IMG/VR virus record: IMGVR_UViG_3300025417_000022
DNA length: 20,000 bases
Direction: 5' to 3' (one strand)
DNA from: an uncultured virus (IMG/VR IMGVR_UViG_3300025417_000022)
Taxonomy: Duplodnaviria; Heunggongvirae; Uroviricota; Caudoviricetes
Below are positions 7,333 through 16,104 of this stretch, in pieces. Every line of letters begins with the position of its first letter. Position 1 is the stretch's first letter. The notes beneath the pieces were generated by a model. That model did not search any database. It was not told where the DNA came from and saw only the letters and a program-made list of their open reading frames with translations. The position numbers and the translations under genes are program-made.

Positions 7333-8664
7333 ATGTTCGTTGATTCAATCATATCTTGCTTCAAAGATAAGCAGTTTGATATTCCTGAGAGTGATTTTAA
7401 GACGGCTTTAAGTGCTTTATATGATGAATATAAGGAGCGTTATCCGGTTTTCGAAGAATTAAAATCCATAATATCAGAAGAGGGTATTGTCGAACTCACG
7501 CTACAGAAATATTGTACTGAAAAAAACATACCCAACCCTTATGTCAAAATTCAGCAAGAGATATTACGTAGTCATGATTTCTTTAAAAACAGAAGTTATG
7601 TATGTGCTGCACCTCTTACCTCTCTTCGATTCGACTTCGGTGGTAGAATGACTGTATGCTGTTATAATGTTGATTATAATTTGGGGTTTTACCCAGAAGT
7701 CTCGCCGTATGAAGCTTGGACCGGCGAACGAATAAAGAATATACGTAATGCTTTGGCAAATTACGATTTCTCCTTTGGGTGTCAGCGCTGTGCGAGATAT
7801 ATTTTAGCAGGCAACGGCCATAATTCTGCACTAGCTGTACGTGAAGCGTTTGTACCGAACATAGAGCAAGAGATAGGTACGGAATACCCAGCTCATCTCG
7901 TGTTTCAAATTCACAACACATGTAACTATGAGTGTATCATGTGTGGTGGGGAGTTTTCTTCTTCGATACGAAAGAATAGAGAGAAATTACCTTTACAAGC
8001 AAATATGTACGATGATCGGTTTATTACTGAAATTGAACCGTTTCTAAAACATGCAAAAGTAATCGAGTTTCTCGGCGGAGAGCCGTTTGTTATGAGTACC
8101 TACTACAAAATGTGGGATGTAATAGCTAGGGTAAACCCTAATGTTATGGTTAGCATTGTATCTAATGGCTCTGTTTATAACGATAAAGTAGAAAAGGCAT
8201 TAAAAGGTTTATTGAATGTATGGGTTAATGTATCGATTGATTCTATAAATCCAAAAACGTATGCGTTTATGCGTAAGAACGGTAATTTAGAAAACGTTCT
8301 TTCCAATATTAATGCATTACATAAACTCGGCAAGTTTGGTGCTCTCTCTATTGTACCTATTATACAAAATATTTATGAAATACCAGAAATAATTGAATAT
8401 TGTATGGAGAGAAATATACCGTTATGGTTTAATAGCTGTGAAGGACCTCTCGGTGAGATGATAGAAGGTATACATAAAAACGGTGTTGCTAAACACCATA
8501 CATCATTACCTGAAGAAGAGCAGATACCGGAATTCCGTCTTTGGACATTACCATTAGAAGAGAGAGAGAAAATAAAAACATTCCTATCGCAGAAAACCTA
8601 CCCTAAGCAGTATCAGGACGGGCTTGATGGTTGTATTAATTTTATTATGAATCACAAGCCGTGA
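7333..8664 (+). CDS. Radical SAM protein with N-terminal SPASM/twitch-like Cys cluster
   Basis: CNYECIMC (CxxxCxxC), FLGGEPF, SNGS and VSIDS motifs; upstream CAAP...GRMTVCC...CQRC twitch-type cluster. Confidence 0.88.
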   Translation: MFVDSIISCFKDKQFDIPESDFKTALSALYDEYKERYPVFEELKSIISEEGIVELTLQKYCTEKNIPNPYVKIQQEILRSHDFFKNRSYVCAAPLTSLRFDFGGRMTVCCYNVDYNLGFYPEVSPYEAWTGERIKNIRNALANYDFSFGCQRCARYILAGNGHNSALAVREAFVPNIEQEIGTEYPAHLVFQIHNTCNYECIMCGGEFSSSIRKNREKLPLQANMYDDRFITEIEPFLKHAKVIEFLGGEPFVMSTYYKMWDVIARVNPNVMVSIVSNGSVYNDKVEKALKGLLNVWVNVSIDSINPKTYAFMRKNGNLENVLSNINALHKLGKFGALSIVPIIQNIYEIPEIIEYCMERNIPLWFNSCEGPLGEMIEGIHKNGVAKHHTSLPEEEQIPEFRLWTLPLEEREKIKTFLSQKTYPKQYQDGLDGCINFIMNHKP

Positions 8665-8665
8665 T

Positions 8666-8884
8666 TTAGAAATCTTTTTTTAGAACCGGATATGTACTAT
8701 ACATGTGTGTTACTCTATCCTGCTCTACATCACCTGTAACGGTAAAGTACTTCATTACCTTGTAGTAGGTATTTTGATGAAAATTATGTACCTGAGTTAC
8801 CGTATCATCAGGGCACGGGTATTCGTTAAGTGTCGAACATGCTGTTAACAACAAGCACGTAAGCACAACGCTGATGAAGGGCAT
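8666..8884 (-). CDS. Putative small lipoprotein
   Basis: Hydrophobic N-terminus with lipobox LTAC (MPFISVVLTCLLLTAC). Confidence 0.55.
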   Translation of the reverse strand: MPFISVVLTCLLLTACSTLNEYPCPDDTVTQVHNFHQNTYYKVMKYFTVTGDVEQDRVTHMYSTYPVLKKDF

Positions 8885-8886
8885 GA

Positions 8887-9252
8887 TTAGTTCAGCTTTA
8901 TGCTATTTGGTTTTGTCTCTCTTATGTAGACCTCACCATAAGCTTCAAGCTCACCCATAACTGCCTGAAATTCTCTTTGCGACATCTTATCCCAATTTTT
9001 AAGCTTCTCAAAACATTCATCTGCTGCTTTCTTAGCAAAATCAGCCCCGTCTACATGCTTCATGCACTCACTATACGGCTTAAATTTAGCTTTAAAGTGA
9101 ATAGCAGTTAGTGTTGAGTAGCCACCTTTTTTTTCAGCTTGTGCTTGTATTTTCTTAGCACCAGCAAGACGCTTATGAAGAAACTCTTTTAAGCTCTCTT
9201 CATCTGTCATTCTTTCTTTTAAAGCCTCGCAAATTGCTTCAAATTTACTCAT
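8887..9252 (-). CDS. Hypothetical protein (121 aa)
   Basis: Start re-placed at ATG 9252 (MSKFEAIC...), which avoids overlap with nrdA and lies 5 nt after ATAAATA. Confidence 0.7.
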   Translation of the reverse strand: MSKFEAICEALKERMTDEESLKEFLHKRLAGAKKIQAQAEKKGGYSTLTAIHFKAKFKPYSECMKHVDGADFAKKAADECFEKLKNWDKMSQREFQAVMGELEAYGEVYIRETKPNSIKLN

Positions 9253-9260
9253 AAAAGTAT

Positions 9261-10910
9261 TTATGCTTCGCAACTTGCACAAGTAAGAATAGAACGTGCC
9301 AATTCTTGCGCAGGGTTAGCTGAACGCTGATAGTATAAGCTCTTAATACCCTGCTCCCAAGCAAAAATCAAGAGTTCATTGACATCCTTGGGTTTTGTAT
9401 TGGGTGGGATCATTACGTTCAGCGACTGACCCTGGTCAATATATTTCTGACGGGTAGCAGCTTGAATAATAATCTCTTTCTGTGAAATCTCACCGAATGT
9501 TTTAAAGACATCCTTCTCTTCCTGCGTAAGGAAGTCGAGATGCTGAACTGAACCGCCCTTAATAAGGACTGCCTTCCAGGTCTCATCATCATCCTTACCC
9601 TTCTCTTTAAGAAGCCTCTTTAAGTACGGGTTTCTAAAAGTAAACTTACCTTTAGCTAAATCTTTGACAAAGTAGTTAGAATTAAGCGGTTCAATACTCG
9701 GTGATACCTGACCAAGAATAAATGAACTCGATGTTGTAGGTGCGATAGCAAGCGTAGTGGAATTACGACGACCATATCCCTTGAGAAGAGGTGGTTCACC
9801 ATATTCCTTAGCTAAGTTCTCTGAAGCATGATCTGCTTTTTCACGAATAAACTTCCAGATCTGACCGTTAAGCATCTTAGCACCCATTGACTCAAATCCA
9901 ATCATCTTAAGCTGAAGAAGTGAGTGCCATCCAAGAACACCAACGCCAAGGGCTCGTTGATTGATAGCAAAGTTTCTAGGATGCTCCATGAACTTCATAC
10001 CCTCTGTCTTATTGATGAACTCTGTCATGACTGCATCGAGGAAATAAACGAGTGTCTCAACAGCATCTGTTTCCTTCCATTCATCCCAGCGCTCGAGATT
10101 AAGTGAAGATAAATCACAAACAAACGATTCATCAATACCGTTAGAAAGCATGATCTCTGTACAAAGATTACTATGATTAATCTTCATGCCCTTGTCTTTA
10201 TAGACCTTAGGAGCCTGTTTATTAGCGTTATCAGTAAAGAAGATATAAGGATAACCGGATTCAAAGCGTTTCTTAATAACTTGTCCCCAAAGAGCTCTCT
10301 TTTCCTTATCACCGTCAATCATTGACTTCATCCATTTATCTGAGACACAGACACCAATTGAAAGGTTTTGAATATCATCACCTTCACCTCTAATCTTTAA
10401 GAACTCTTCAATATCAGGATGATCAATAGGAAGATAAGCTGCAAATGAACCGCGGCGGACATTGCCTTGGGAAATATAGTTCGTAAGAGACTCAAATACA
10501 GTTAGCTGATGATGAACGCCTGTCGCTTCACCACCTGAGGAAATTGGCGTACCTCTCGGGCGAATAGCACCGAAGTATCCAGATGTACCGCCACCGACCT
10601 TCGACATAACACCGACCTCTGACATTTTATAAAGGATATCATCCATATCGTCATTGACATATGAACCGAAGCAGGAGATAGGAAGGCCTCTTACACGACC
10701 GAAGTTAGACCAAATAGGAGATGCAAGAGAGTAGAACCCCCTATGCATATAGTCTTCAAATTTATCAGCAAAGCTCGGTAAGTTGAGATAATGCTCTGCC
10801 TTCTCGGCAATATCTCTAATACGTTGCTCGGCAGTTTCACCCTCAAGAAGGTAACCACGACTGAGAAACTTTCTCGAGTCTTTATTAAGCCAATAGATAT
10901 CCTTATTCAT
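9261..10910 (-). CDS. nrdA: Class I ribonucleotide reductase alpha subunit, no ATP-cone
   Basis: ISCF, GGTSG, SNLCTEI (NxCxE), VCDLSS, AIAPTTSSS, DQGQS, KSLYYQRS and C-terminal CASCE. Confidence 0.96.
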   Translation of the reverse strand: MNKDIYWLNKDSRKFLSRGYLLEGETAEQRIRDIAEKAEHYLNLPSFADKFEDYMHRGFYSLASPIWSNFGRVRGLPISCFGSYVNDDMDDILYKMSEVGVMSKVGGGTSGYFGAIRPRGTPISSGGEATGVHHQLTVFESLTNYISQGNVRRGSFAAYLPIDHPDIEEFLKIRGEGDDIQNLSIGVCVSDKWMKSMIDGDKEKRALWGQVIKKRFESGYPYIFFTDNANKQAPKVYKDKGMKINHSNLCTEIMLSNGIDESFVCDLSSLNLERWDEWKETDAVETLVYFLDAVMTEFINKTEGMKFMEHPRNFAINQRALGVGVLGWHSLLQLKMIGFESMGAKMLNGQIWKFIREKADHASENLAKEYGEPPLLKGYGRRNSTTLAIAPTTSSSFILGQVSPSIEPLNSNYFVKDLAKGKFTFRNPYLKRLLKEKGKDDDETWKAVLIKGGSVQHLDFLTQEEKDVFKTFGEISQKEIIIQAATRQKYIDQGQSLNVMIPPNTKPKDVNELLIFAWEQGIKSLYYQRSANPAQELARSILTCASCEA

Positions 10911-10930
10911 TACAGAGTATTTTAATTGAT

Positions 10931-10958
10931 AAAAGAGAGAATACTAGTATCTCTTTTT
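10931..10958. terminator. Hairpin between the acidic ORF and nrdA
   Basis: AAAAGAG-aga-ATAC-TA-GTAT-CTCTTTT imperfect inverted repeat in the intergenic gap. Confidence 0.35.
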
Positions 10959-10972
10959 GTTATCTATTCTTT

Positions 10973-11305
10973 TTATAGATCAGCAATCTCTTCAGCTGTC
11001 ATTAAGAAGCCGCCTTCAATAGGAAAGCCTACATAATCCCCTTCTTCAGTCTTATCATTAGAAACTATAATATCTTCTCCGGTATGGGACCAAGTCATAA
11101 CTTGCATACCACCGATGGTTGTACCAGTGTCTTTAAGTTCAGAAGCTGGGTATACATCTTGTTCGCCAATCTCAGCGACATTATAGCTATCACCCTCTCT
11201 ACCGAGAATGATATAATTGTCACCAATCGATTGACCGGGAAGATATTCGTCATGGCTTTCTGTTAATACCCTTAAATAAGCAGCAGCGAGTCTATCAAAT
11301 TTCAT
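10973..11305 (-). CDS. Acidic hypothetical protein between nrdB and nrdA
   Basis: 110 aa, very D/E-rich; ATAAATA 8 nt upstream of ATG. Confidence 0.75.
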   Translation of the reverse strand: MKFDRLAAAYLRVLTESHDEYLPGQSIGDNYIILGREGDSYNVAEIGEQDVYPASELKDTGTTIGGMQVMTWSHTGEDIIVSNDKTEEGDYVGFPIEGGFLMTAEEIADL

Positions 11306-11323
11306 AATATTAGTATTTATTGT

Positions 11324-12295
11324 TTAGAATAGATCGTCTTCAGAGAAGGACTGCGATTTCTTTGAATACTCAACAGGTCTTGAGTGAAAGAAATCGGTCA
11401 TATTGTTACCGAGGAGCTCTTCATTGAACCACATTGTTTTGCTTATAAGCTCCTTATCGGTTTCAAATGCATCAGGAAATCCAATTCCACGAAGTGACTC
11501 ATTAAGACGGTCTTTGATGAACTCCTTGAGAATAGGAGCTGAGAGACCCTCTTCTTTAATTCCATTGACCATCCAATCAACAATCTTGGCTTCAGATTCA
11601 TATGCTTCCTTAGCTTCGTCAATAATACGGTCGATAAGTTCTTGATCAATAAGCTCTGGATACTCTTCCTTAATTGTATTAATGATCTTTGTACCGACAA
11701 GTCCGTGAATGTTCTCCTCATTGCGAGTATACTTTACCTGCTGATCAGTATCCTTGAGAACGTTCTTATTACGTGCAAACCAATTGATAACATAGAATTG
11801 AGACATTAATGACACGTTCTCAACAAAGAGAGTAAAAAGAATAAGAGCGTAAAGATACTGCTTCTTTGAATCCTTATAGAAACGATGGGTGTACTTCTTA
11901 AGATACTTTACTCGACCTTGAATCCAATCAAGCTTAAGATTCTGCTCGAAGATATCTTCGAGACCTAGAACGGTCAAAAGTCTTTCGTAGGCATTATTAT
12001 GAATAACTTCTGTATTAGCCATAACATAGCCGAGATCCTGTAAAGAAGGATGTGGTAAGTTCTCACCGAGCTTTGCCCAAAATGTTTTAACAGCTACTTC
12101 GATCTGACCGATCGCCGAGAGGCAGCGGATAATGATCTCCCTCTCCTGATCGGTCAAATTAACTTTAAACTGTTGGACATCGGATTTAAAACTGAATTCC
12201 TTATCAGTCCAGAATCCATTATGCATTGATTCGATGAATTCATCAGTCCATTTGTAGTGATTCGGTTTGCGTGAGATTTGTTCGTCGAAGATCAT
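11324..12295 (-). CDS. nrdB: Class I ribonucleotide reductase beta subunit, class Id-like
   Basis: FW, QIEVAVK (Glu first ligand plus Lys), EVIHNNAY, ENVSL, EENIH and DFFHSRPVEY motifs. Confidence 0.95.
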   Translation of the reverse strand: MIFDEQISRKPNHYKWTDEFIESMHNGFWTDKEFSFKSDVQQFKVNLTDQEREIIIRCLSAIGQIEVAVKTFWAKLGENLPHPSLQDLGYVMANTEVIHNNAYERLLTVLGLEDIFEQNLKLDWIQGRVKYLKKYTHRFYKDSKKQYLYALILFTLFVENVSLMSQFYVINWFARNKNVLKDTDQQVKYTRNEENIHGLVGTKIINTIKEEYPELIDQELIDRIIDEAKEAYESEAKIVDWMVNGIKEEGLSAPILKEFIKDRLNESLRGIGFPDAFETDKELISKTMWFNEELLGNNMTDFFHSRPVEYSKKSQSFSEDDLF

Positions 12296-12310
12296 AGTAG
12301 TTATATTAGA

Positions 12311-12338
12311 ATTGTAATATAATTTATCACTTTTACAA
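12311..12338 (-). promoter_or_regulatory. sigma70-like promoter TTGTAA-16-TACAAT for nrdB
   Basis: Intergenic, 15 nt upstream of the nrdB ATG. Confidence 0.5.
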
Positions 12339-12418
12339 GCGATACACCTACCGTAATTTCGGTATTTTTACAAAAGTTTTCTATACCGAAAATCAATTTG
12401 TTATTTGAATAAATAACG

Positions 12419-13255
12419 TTACTTAAAGAAGCGCATTTCGAGCGAAACACGTGTAGTATCTGCATTGCTATTCACACCACCTCCGTGAACAATACAAGGG
12501 GTAAAGATCATAATTTCATTTCGCTTTGGATCAGGTGTTATCATATCAAGCCCACCTCTACGCTCAATAATAGCTGGTACATTAAACTTTTTATCACCGA
12601 CCCAGCACGGTGATGTAGATTTTATATAATCAGACTCTTTATCTAAATGAGAACAAGGGATTAAAGGTAGTGATGAATTGCTATTACTACCAGCGAGAGG
12701 AAGATAGACATTAACATTTCTTTGAATGCGCTTAATATGTGTATCTTTATGTGGTGGATTATTATCGTTGGTTCTTGGTCGTATTATACGAATCCAGAAG
12801 TGCTTTACTGAAAAGAAATAACGCTTACAATTGCTAGATAAATTACTACCTATAGAAGCATTAATAAATTTATCAAAGTCTCTATAATCTATACCCAAAT
12901 GCTTTAAGTGAATTCCACCGAGACCAAATAACCCTCCGCGAAAGCTGGATACAACCTGCTTATGTACATCGTTGCTTACGAATTCGTGGTATTTTTCTAG
13001 TGTAAAACCTGAAGTAGGAGCCGAAGCTTGTTCAATCTTCGATCTAACGAATTCTGTAATAGCCGCTGTTATATTATCATGCCACAATTGCGGAAACTGA
13101 CGAATAATATATCCATTTTTTAAAAGCTCACTATTTGTAAAAACTTTATTGTGTCTAAATGAGCATTCGTCTTTACCTCTTGTAAATGCCTCTGCCGTAA
13201 CATCATAACCAAACGGTTTACCGTTTATTGTATAATTAAGCAAGTTACTAATCAT
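12419..13255 (-). CDS. Fe(II)/2-oxoglutarate dioxygenase, phytanoyl-CoA dioxygenase-like
   Basis: PHKD (HxD), NVYLPL, LPLIPCSH, VHGGGVN and RVSLEMR motifs. Confidence 0.8.
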   Translation of the reverse strand: MISNLLNYTINGKPFGYDVTAEAFTRGKDECSFRHNKVFTNSELLKNGYIIRQFPQLWHDNITAAITEFVRSKIEQASAPTSGFTLEKYHEFVSNDVHKQVVSSFRGGLFGLGGIHLKHLGIDYRDFDKFINASIGSNLSSNCKRYFFSVKHFWIRIIRPRTNDNNPPHKDTHIKRIQRNVNVYLPLAGSNSNSSLPLIPCSHLDKESDYIKSTSPCWVGDKKFNVPAIIERRGGLDMITPDPKRNEIMIFTPCIVHGGGVNSNADTTRVSLEMRFFK

Positions 13256-13292
13256 TTATACAATAATAAAATAGCGTTTTTAATATGCAAGT

Positions 13293-14042
13293 CTACTCAA
13301 GATCAATAATAGCATTCAATAAATTGCTATCAATAACATCTCTAAGTAGTTTCGCATTTGGAATAACACAATGCCCGCCTATTTTGCCTTTCGGTGGATA
13401 GAGAACAGGTCTGACAACATTAGACATACCCATTTTGGTATAACCTTCATTGTATGTCTTGTTCCAGTGTTCTACAGCGCTTTCAAATTCAACACCATGC
13501 TCCTTACAAAGCTTATCCATTTCATCATGCCATGCTATGCATAGACCGTAGTAGGTTGTGCACATAAGCTTGGCTAATTCTGTTGTCTTCGAGCTACCAA
13601 TATACTTGTACTCAATGCCAATCTCACCAAAGTGCTCGGCACAGAGCTTGGCTCCAATTAGTGTATCTGTTCCTATGTATTTTACAAATGTCTTAAGACT
13701 ATAAAATAAATCAGGATGATTACCTCTTACCGGGCTATGAACAACGTACGTACTATATGCTGCATCTTTAACGTATTTGTCTTGTATTGACTTTGTTGTT
13801 CCTACAGGTATAGATGAATGTATAATTGTTAGCTTTGGTGAAGCATGGTTAATAATATCCTCAACAATAACTTTAAATATCTTACTATATGGTATACAGA
13901 TATTAATAATATCTACACCTTCAAAACTATCATCAAAATTCTTAGCTGGGTCAATAATCCGGATATCATACCCACGACTGCGATATAATTTTTCAATCGA
14001 TGATCCGATTTCACCGTAGCCGAGAATGCCTATTGCTTTCAC
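13293..14042 (-). CDS. UDP-glucose/GDP-mannose dehydrogenase family protein, short form
   Basis: GILGYGEIG Rossmann motif, ICIP, HSSIPVGTT, VHSPVRG, TELAKL and IGGHCVIPN (catalytic Cys). GTG start. Confidence 0.8.
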   Translation of the reverse strand: MKAIGILGYGEIGSSIEKLYRSRGYDIRIIDPAKNFDDSFEGVDIINICIPYSKIFKVIVEDIINHASPKLTIIHSSIPVGTTKSIQDKYVKDAAYSTYVVHSPVRGNHPDLFYSLKTFVKYIGTDTLIGAKLCAEHFGEIGIEYKYIGSSKTTELAKLMCTTYYGLCIAWHDEMDKLCKEHGVEFESAVEHWNKTYNEGYTKMGMSNVVRPVLYPPKGKIGGHCVIPNAKLLRDVIDSNLLNAIIDLE

Positions 14043-14173
14043 TTATACGTTTTAGTAATCTTGCCTTTTTTGCCTTGTACAAACCCTTCAACCTTACCTG
14101 TTGGTTTAGGGTAGTTTGCCCTTAGCTTTTTAAAATCTGTTGGCCTTTGCCGTGGTCCTTTTCCTGCACTCAT
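14039..14173 (-). CDS. Small basic hypothetical protein (44 aa)
   Basis: Not in track. MSAGKGPRQRPTDFKKLRANYPKPTGKVEGFVQGKKGKITKTYK*. Coupled by ATGA upstream and GTGA downstream. Confidence 0.7.
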   Translation of the reverse strand: MSAGKGPRQRPTDFKKLRANYPKPTGKVEGFVQGKKGKITKTYK

Positions 14174-15102
14174 GCGTGTAGATAATTATTAGCGGTAGGG
14201 AGATGTTCAATCTCTACAACCGTATTTGTAGTCTTCGTCCATACACCCTTCATGCCCTTACCCTTGCGCTTGAGCTTACCCTCGTTAGTAAGCTCCCTGA
14301 GTAGGTACCCGGCACGAGTAGCATCAACACCAGCTGCTTTGCAAGCAGCCTGAACAGTGATCTTACCGTTAATGTCGAGAATCTTCTTACGCTCTTCTTC
14401 CTTCTTCGAAGTCTTCTTCTCTTTACCTCCGTGATCGAGAATAGCACTGAAGTCAAAACCCGTCTTCTCAAGAATAATGTCAAACTCAGCACCGGGACCG
14501 AAACGATTCTTACTAAAGAAAATATGCCTGGTACCAGCTGGAGCATCCTTGACCGTATCAATGAACATATTCACGTCAACAGCGTACGTAAGAAGGTTGT
14601 TACCACGCATCTCACCGCCCTTGGTCATATGACAGATAAGAACGAGGACACACTCCGTCTCTTTTGCCTTCTGAATGAGCATCTCAATGGCAGCCTTTTC
14701 ATCAACACCGCCATATTCAATACCCTGGAAAGAATCAACGACAACAACGCTCATATTTTCCATATTACGGAGAATACTTCCGAGCTTGTTCTCATTGCAA
14801 ATACCTACTTCGGTAATCCCGAGTCGTTTGCAGGCAAACGCTACCTGATAGACGGATTCCTCAGAAGAGCAGTATCCAATCTTGTGGCCGAACTTAGTCA
14901 AATGATTGAGCATTTGCAGAACAAACGTAGACTTACCGAGGCCAGCTCGGGACGAAATCGTCATAACAGTACCAGGGAGAATACCGTCACCAAACATATT
15001 ATCGATGACTTCAACACCGGTTTTAAGACGACGATAATAGATATCAGGAATAGCGATATCTTTGACAGCAACGAACTCAGTAGAAGAGAAGTTAAGTTTC
15101 AT
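14170..15102 (-). CDS. RadA/Sms-like RecA-family ATPase with predicted C-terminal winged HTH
   Basis: Walker A AGLGKST, SEES, VVVDSFQ (Walker B), HMTKGG and KNRFG signature. C-terminal ITVQAACKAAGVDATRAGYLLRELTNEGKLKRKG. Confidence 0.8.
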   Translation of the reverse strand: MKLNFSSTEFVAVKDIAIPDIYYRRLKTGVEVIDNMFGDGILPGTVMTISSRAGLGKSTFVLQMLNHLTKFGHKIGYCSSEESVYQVAFACKRLGITEVGICNENKLGSILRNMENMSVVVVDSFQGIEYGGVDEKAAIEMLIQKAKETECVLVLICHMTKGGEMRGNNLLTYAVDVNMFIDTVKDAPAGTRHIFFSKNRFGPGAEFDIILEKTGFDFSAILDHGGKEKKTSKKEEERKKILDINGKITVQAACKAAGVDATRAGYLLRELTNEGKLKRKGKGMKGVWTKTTNTVVEIEHLPTANNYLHA

Positions 15103-15111
15103 GATTTATCT

Positions 15112-15140
15112 ATTATGTGGGAATCGGGAATGAATTACAA
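15112..15140 (-). promoter_or_regulatory. sigma70-like promoter TTGTAA-17-CATAAT
   Basis: -10 lies 9 nt upstream of the radA-like ATG; no SD. Confidence 0.6.
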
Positions 15141-15143
15141 GCT

Positions 15144-15416
15144 TTATTTCAGGGACTTAAACTTTTTTTCGGCCGACTCAAGGGATGTAAAAGTCCAACC
15201 ATTTGTTCCCCAAGAACTTGCACCAGGATAGGTTTCTGCCGGAGCAATCTTTTGACCACCAAGCTCATACCCATTATGGCTGCCGATCTTAATGACTTCA
15301 AACGATTTGTCCTTCTGTCCCTTCTTCGTTTGCTCGTAGATCGCCTTATCGCCTACACGCTTAAGTTGCTTATAGGTAAATCCTTTATTTTGAATAATTT
15401 TAGGTAGTATTTTCAT
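15144..15416 (-). CDS. Hypothetical protein (90 aa)
   Basis: ORF with AAGGA SD and its own promoter-like element; E-x-YP...WG..GWT pattern. Confidence 0.75.
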   Translation of the reverse strand: MKILPKIIQNKGFTYKQLKRVGDKAIYEQTKKGQKDKSFEVIKIGSHNGYELGGQKIAPAETYPGASSWGTNGWTFTSLESAEKKFKSLK

Positions 15417-15426
15417 TGTTCCTTTT

Positions 15427-15455
15427 AGTGTATAGGAATTATGCTATTTGTGCAA
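15427..15455 (-). promoter_or_regulatory. sigma70-like promoter TTGCAC-17-TACACT
   Basis: Fills the intergenic gap upstream of 15416. Confidence 0.55.
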
Positions 15456-15458
15456 GCC

Positions 15459-15767
15459 TTATCTGCCATTGATTTGCATGGCCTTTTCCAAACGCTGTGG
15501 TGTTGGTTTGTCCCAAAGAGGATTGACATTTAATTCCGCTCTCACCTCATCAATTGTTTTTCCTGCTTTTAAAAGTGTTAGTGCATCTCTGCAAATATAA
15601 TGTGCTAAGAATTCTTCCTTTGACCCTGCCTTCTTTGCTTTTTCTTCTAGGTATTGTGAATTCGTAGGACGCGATTTACCTGTAACAATACAAGTAAGAG
15701 CGGATGGATCTCTTCCGAGTGATTTTTTTAATCTGTTATTTATTTCTGCTGCTAATTCTGCATTCAT
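15459..15767 (-). CDS. Hypothetical protein, TCIVTG-domain paralog A
   Basis: 102 aa; TATAAT at 15782-15787 upstream; similar to 16624..17211. Confidence 0.75.
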   Translation of the reverse strand: MNAELAAEINNRLKKSLGRDPSALTCIVTGKSRPTNSQYLEEKAKKAGSKEEFLAHYICRDALTLLKAGKTIDEVRAELNVNPLWDKPTPQRLEKAMQINGR

Positions 15768-15800
15768 AAGGGTTGATTGTTATTATATGGTGCGTAAATA

Positions 15801-15840
15801 GAGGTGCCATACCCGTGAAATCTTTTAAGTATGGCACCTC
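15801..15840. terminator. Strong hairpin downstream of the 63-aa ORF
   Basis: Perfect 12-bp stem GAGGTGCCATAC / GTATGGCACCTC with a 16-nt loop; only a weak U-tract. Confidence 0.5.
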
Positions 15841-15855
15841 ATTTATACGACTGTC

Positions 15856-16047
15856 TTAGGCGACGTTGATCGTGTTGTTGCGAAGTGCGCGAGTGAAGTC
15901 ACGTGCATCGACGCGACGGAGTGTACGAGAAAACTGATTAGTCTTCTCGAGCATGTTCGCGCGCTTGACGGTAAACTCACCGTTACGGTTCCGCTCAATC
16001 TGGACGTAGAACGTCTTAGGACGGATGTTTGTGCTATCGTAGTTCAT
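15856..16047 (-). CDS. Small Arg-rich hypothetical protein, probably highly expressed
   Basis: Very strong SD AAGGAGGTGA (16055-16064), TTGATA-16-TAATAT upstream, locally higher GC, 3' hairpin. Confidence 0.8.
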   Translation of the reverse strand: MNYDSTNIRPKTFYVQIERNRNGEFTVKRANMLEKTNQFSRTLRRVDARDFTRALRNNTINVA

Positions 16048-16104
16048 TATTATTTCACCTCCTTTCGTGGTTTGAATCTGATATTAACTGTTCAAAAATC
16101 AATA

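Noticed and set aside
9261..12295. Intron, intein or homing endonuclease in the RNR locus
   Set aside because: Both subunits are continuous and of compact length; the intervening ORF has no HNH, GIY-YIG or LAGLIDADG motif.
14431..15231. 266-aa plus-strand ORF
   Set aside because: Antisense shadow of the radA-like gene; no motifs or expression signals.
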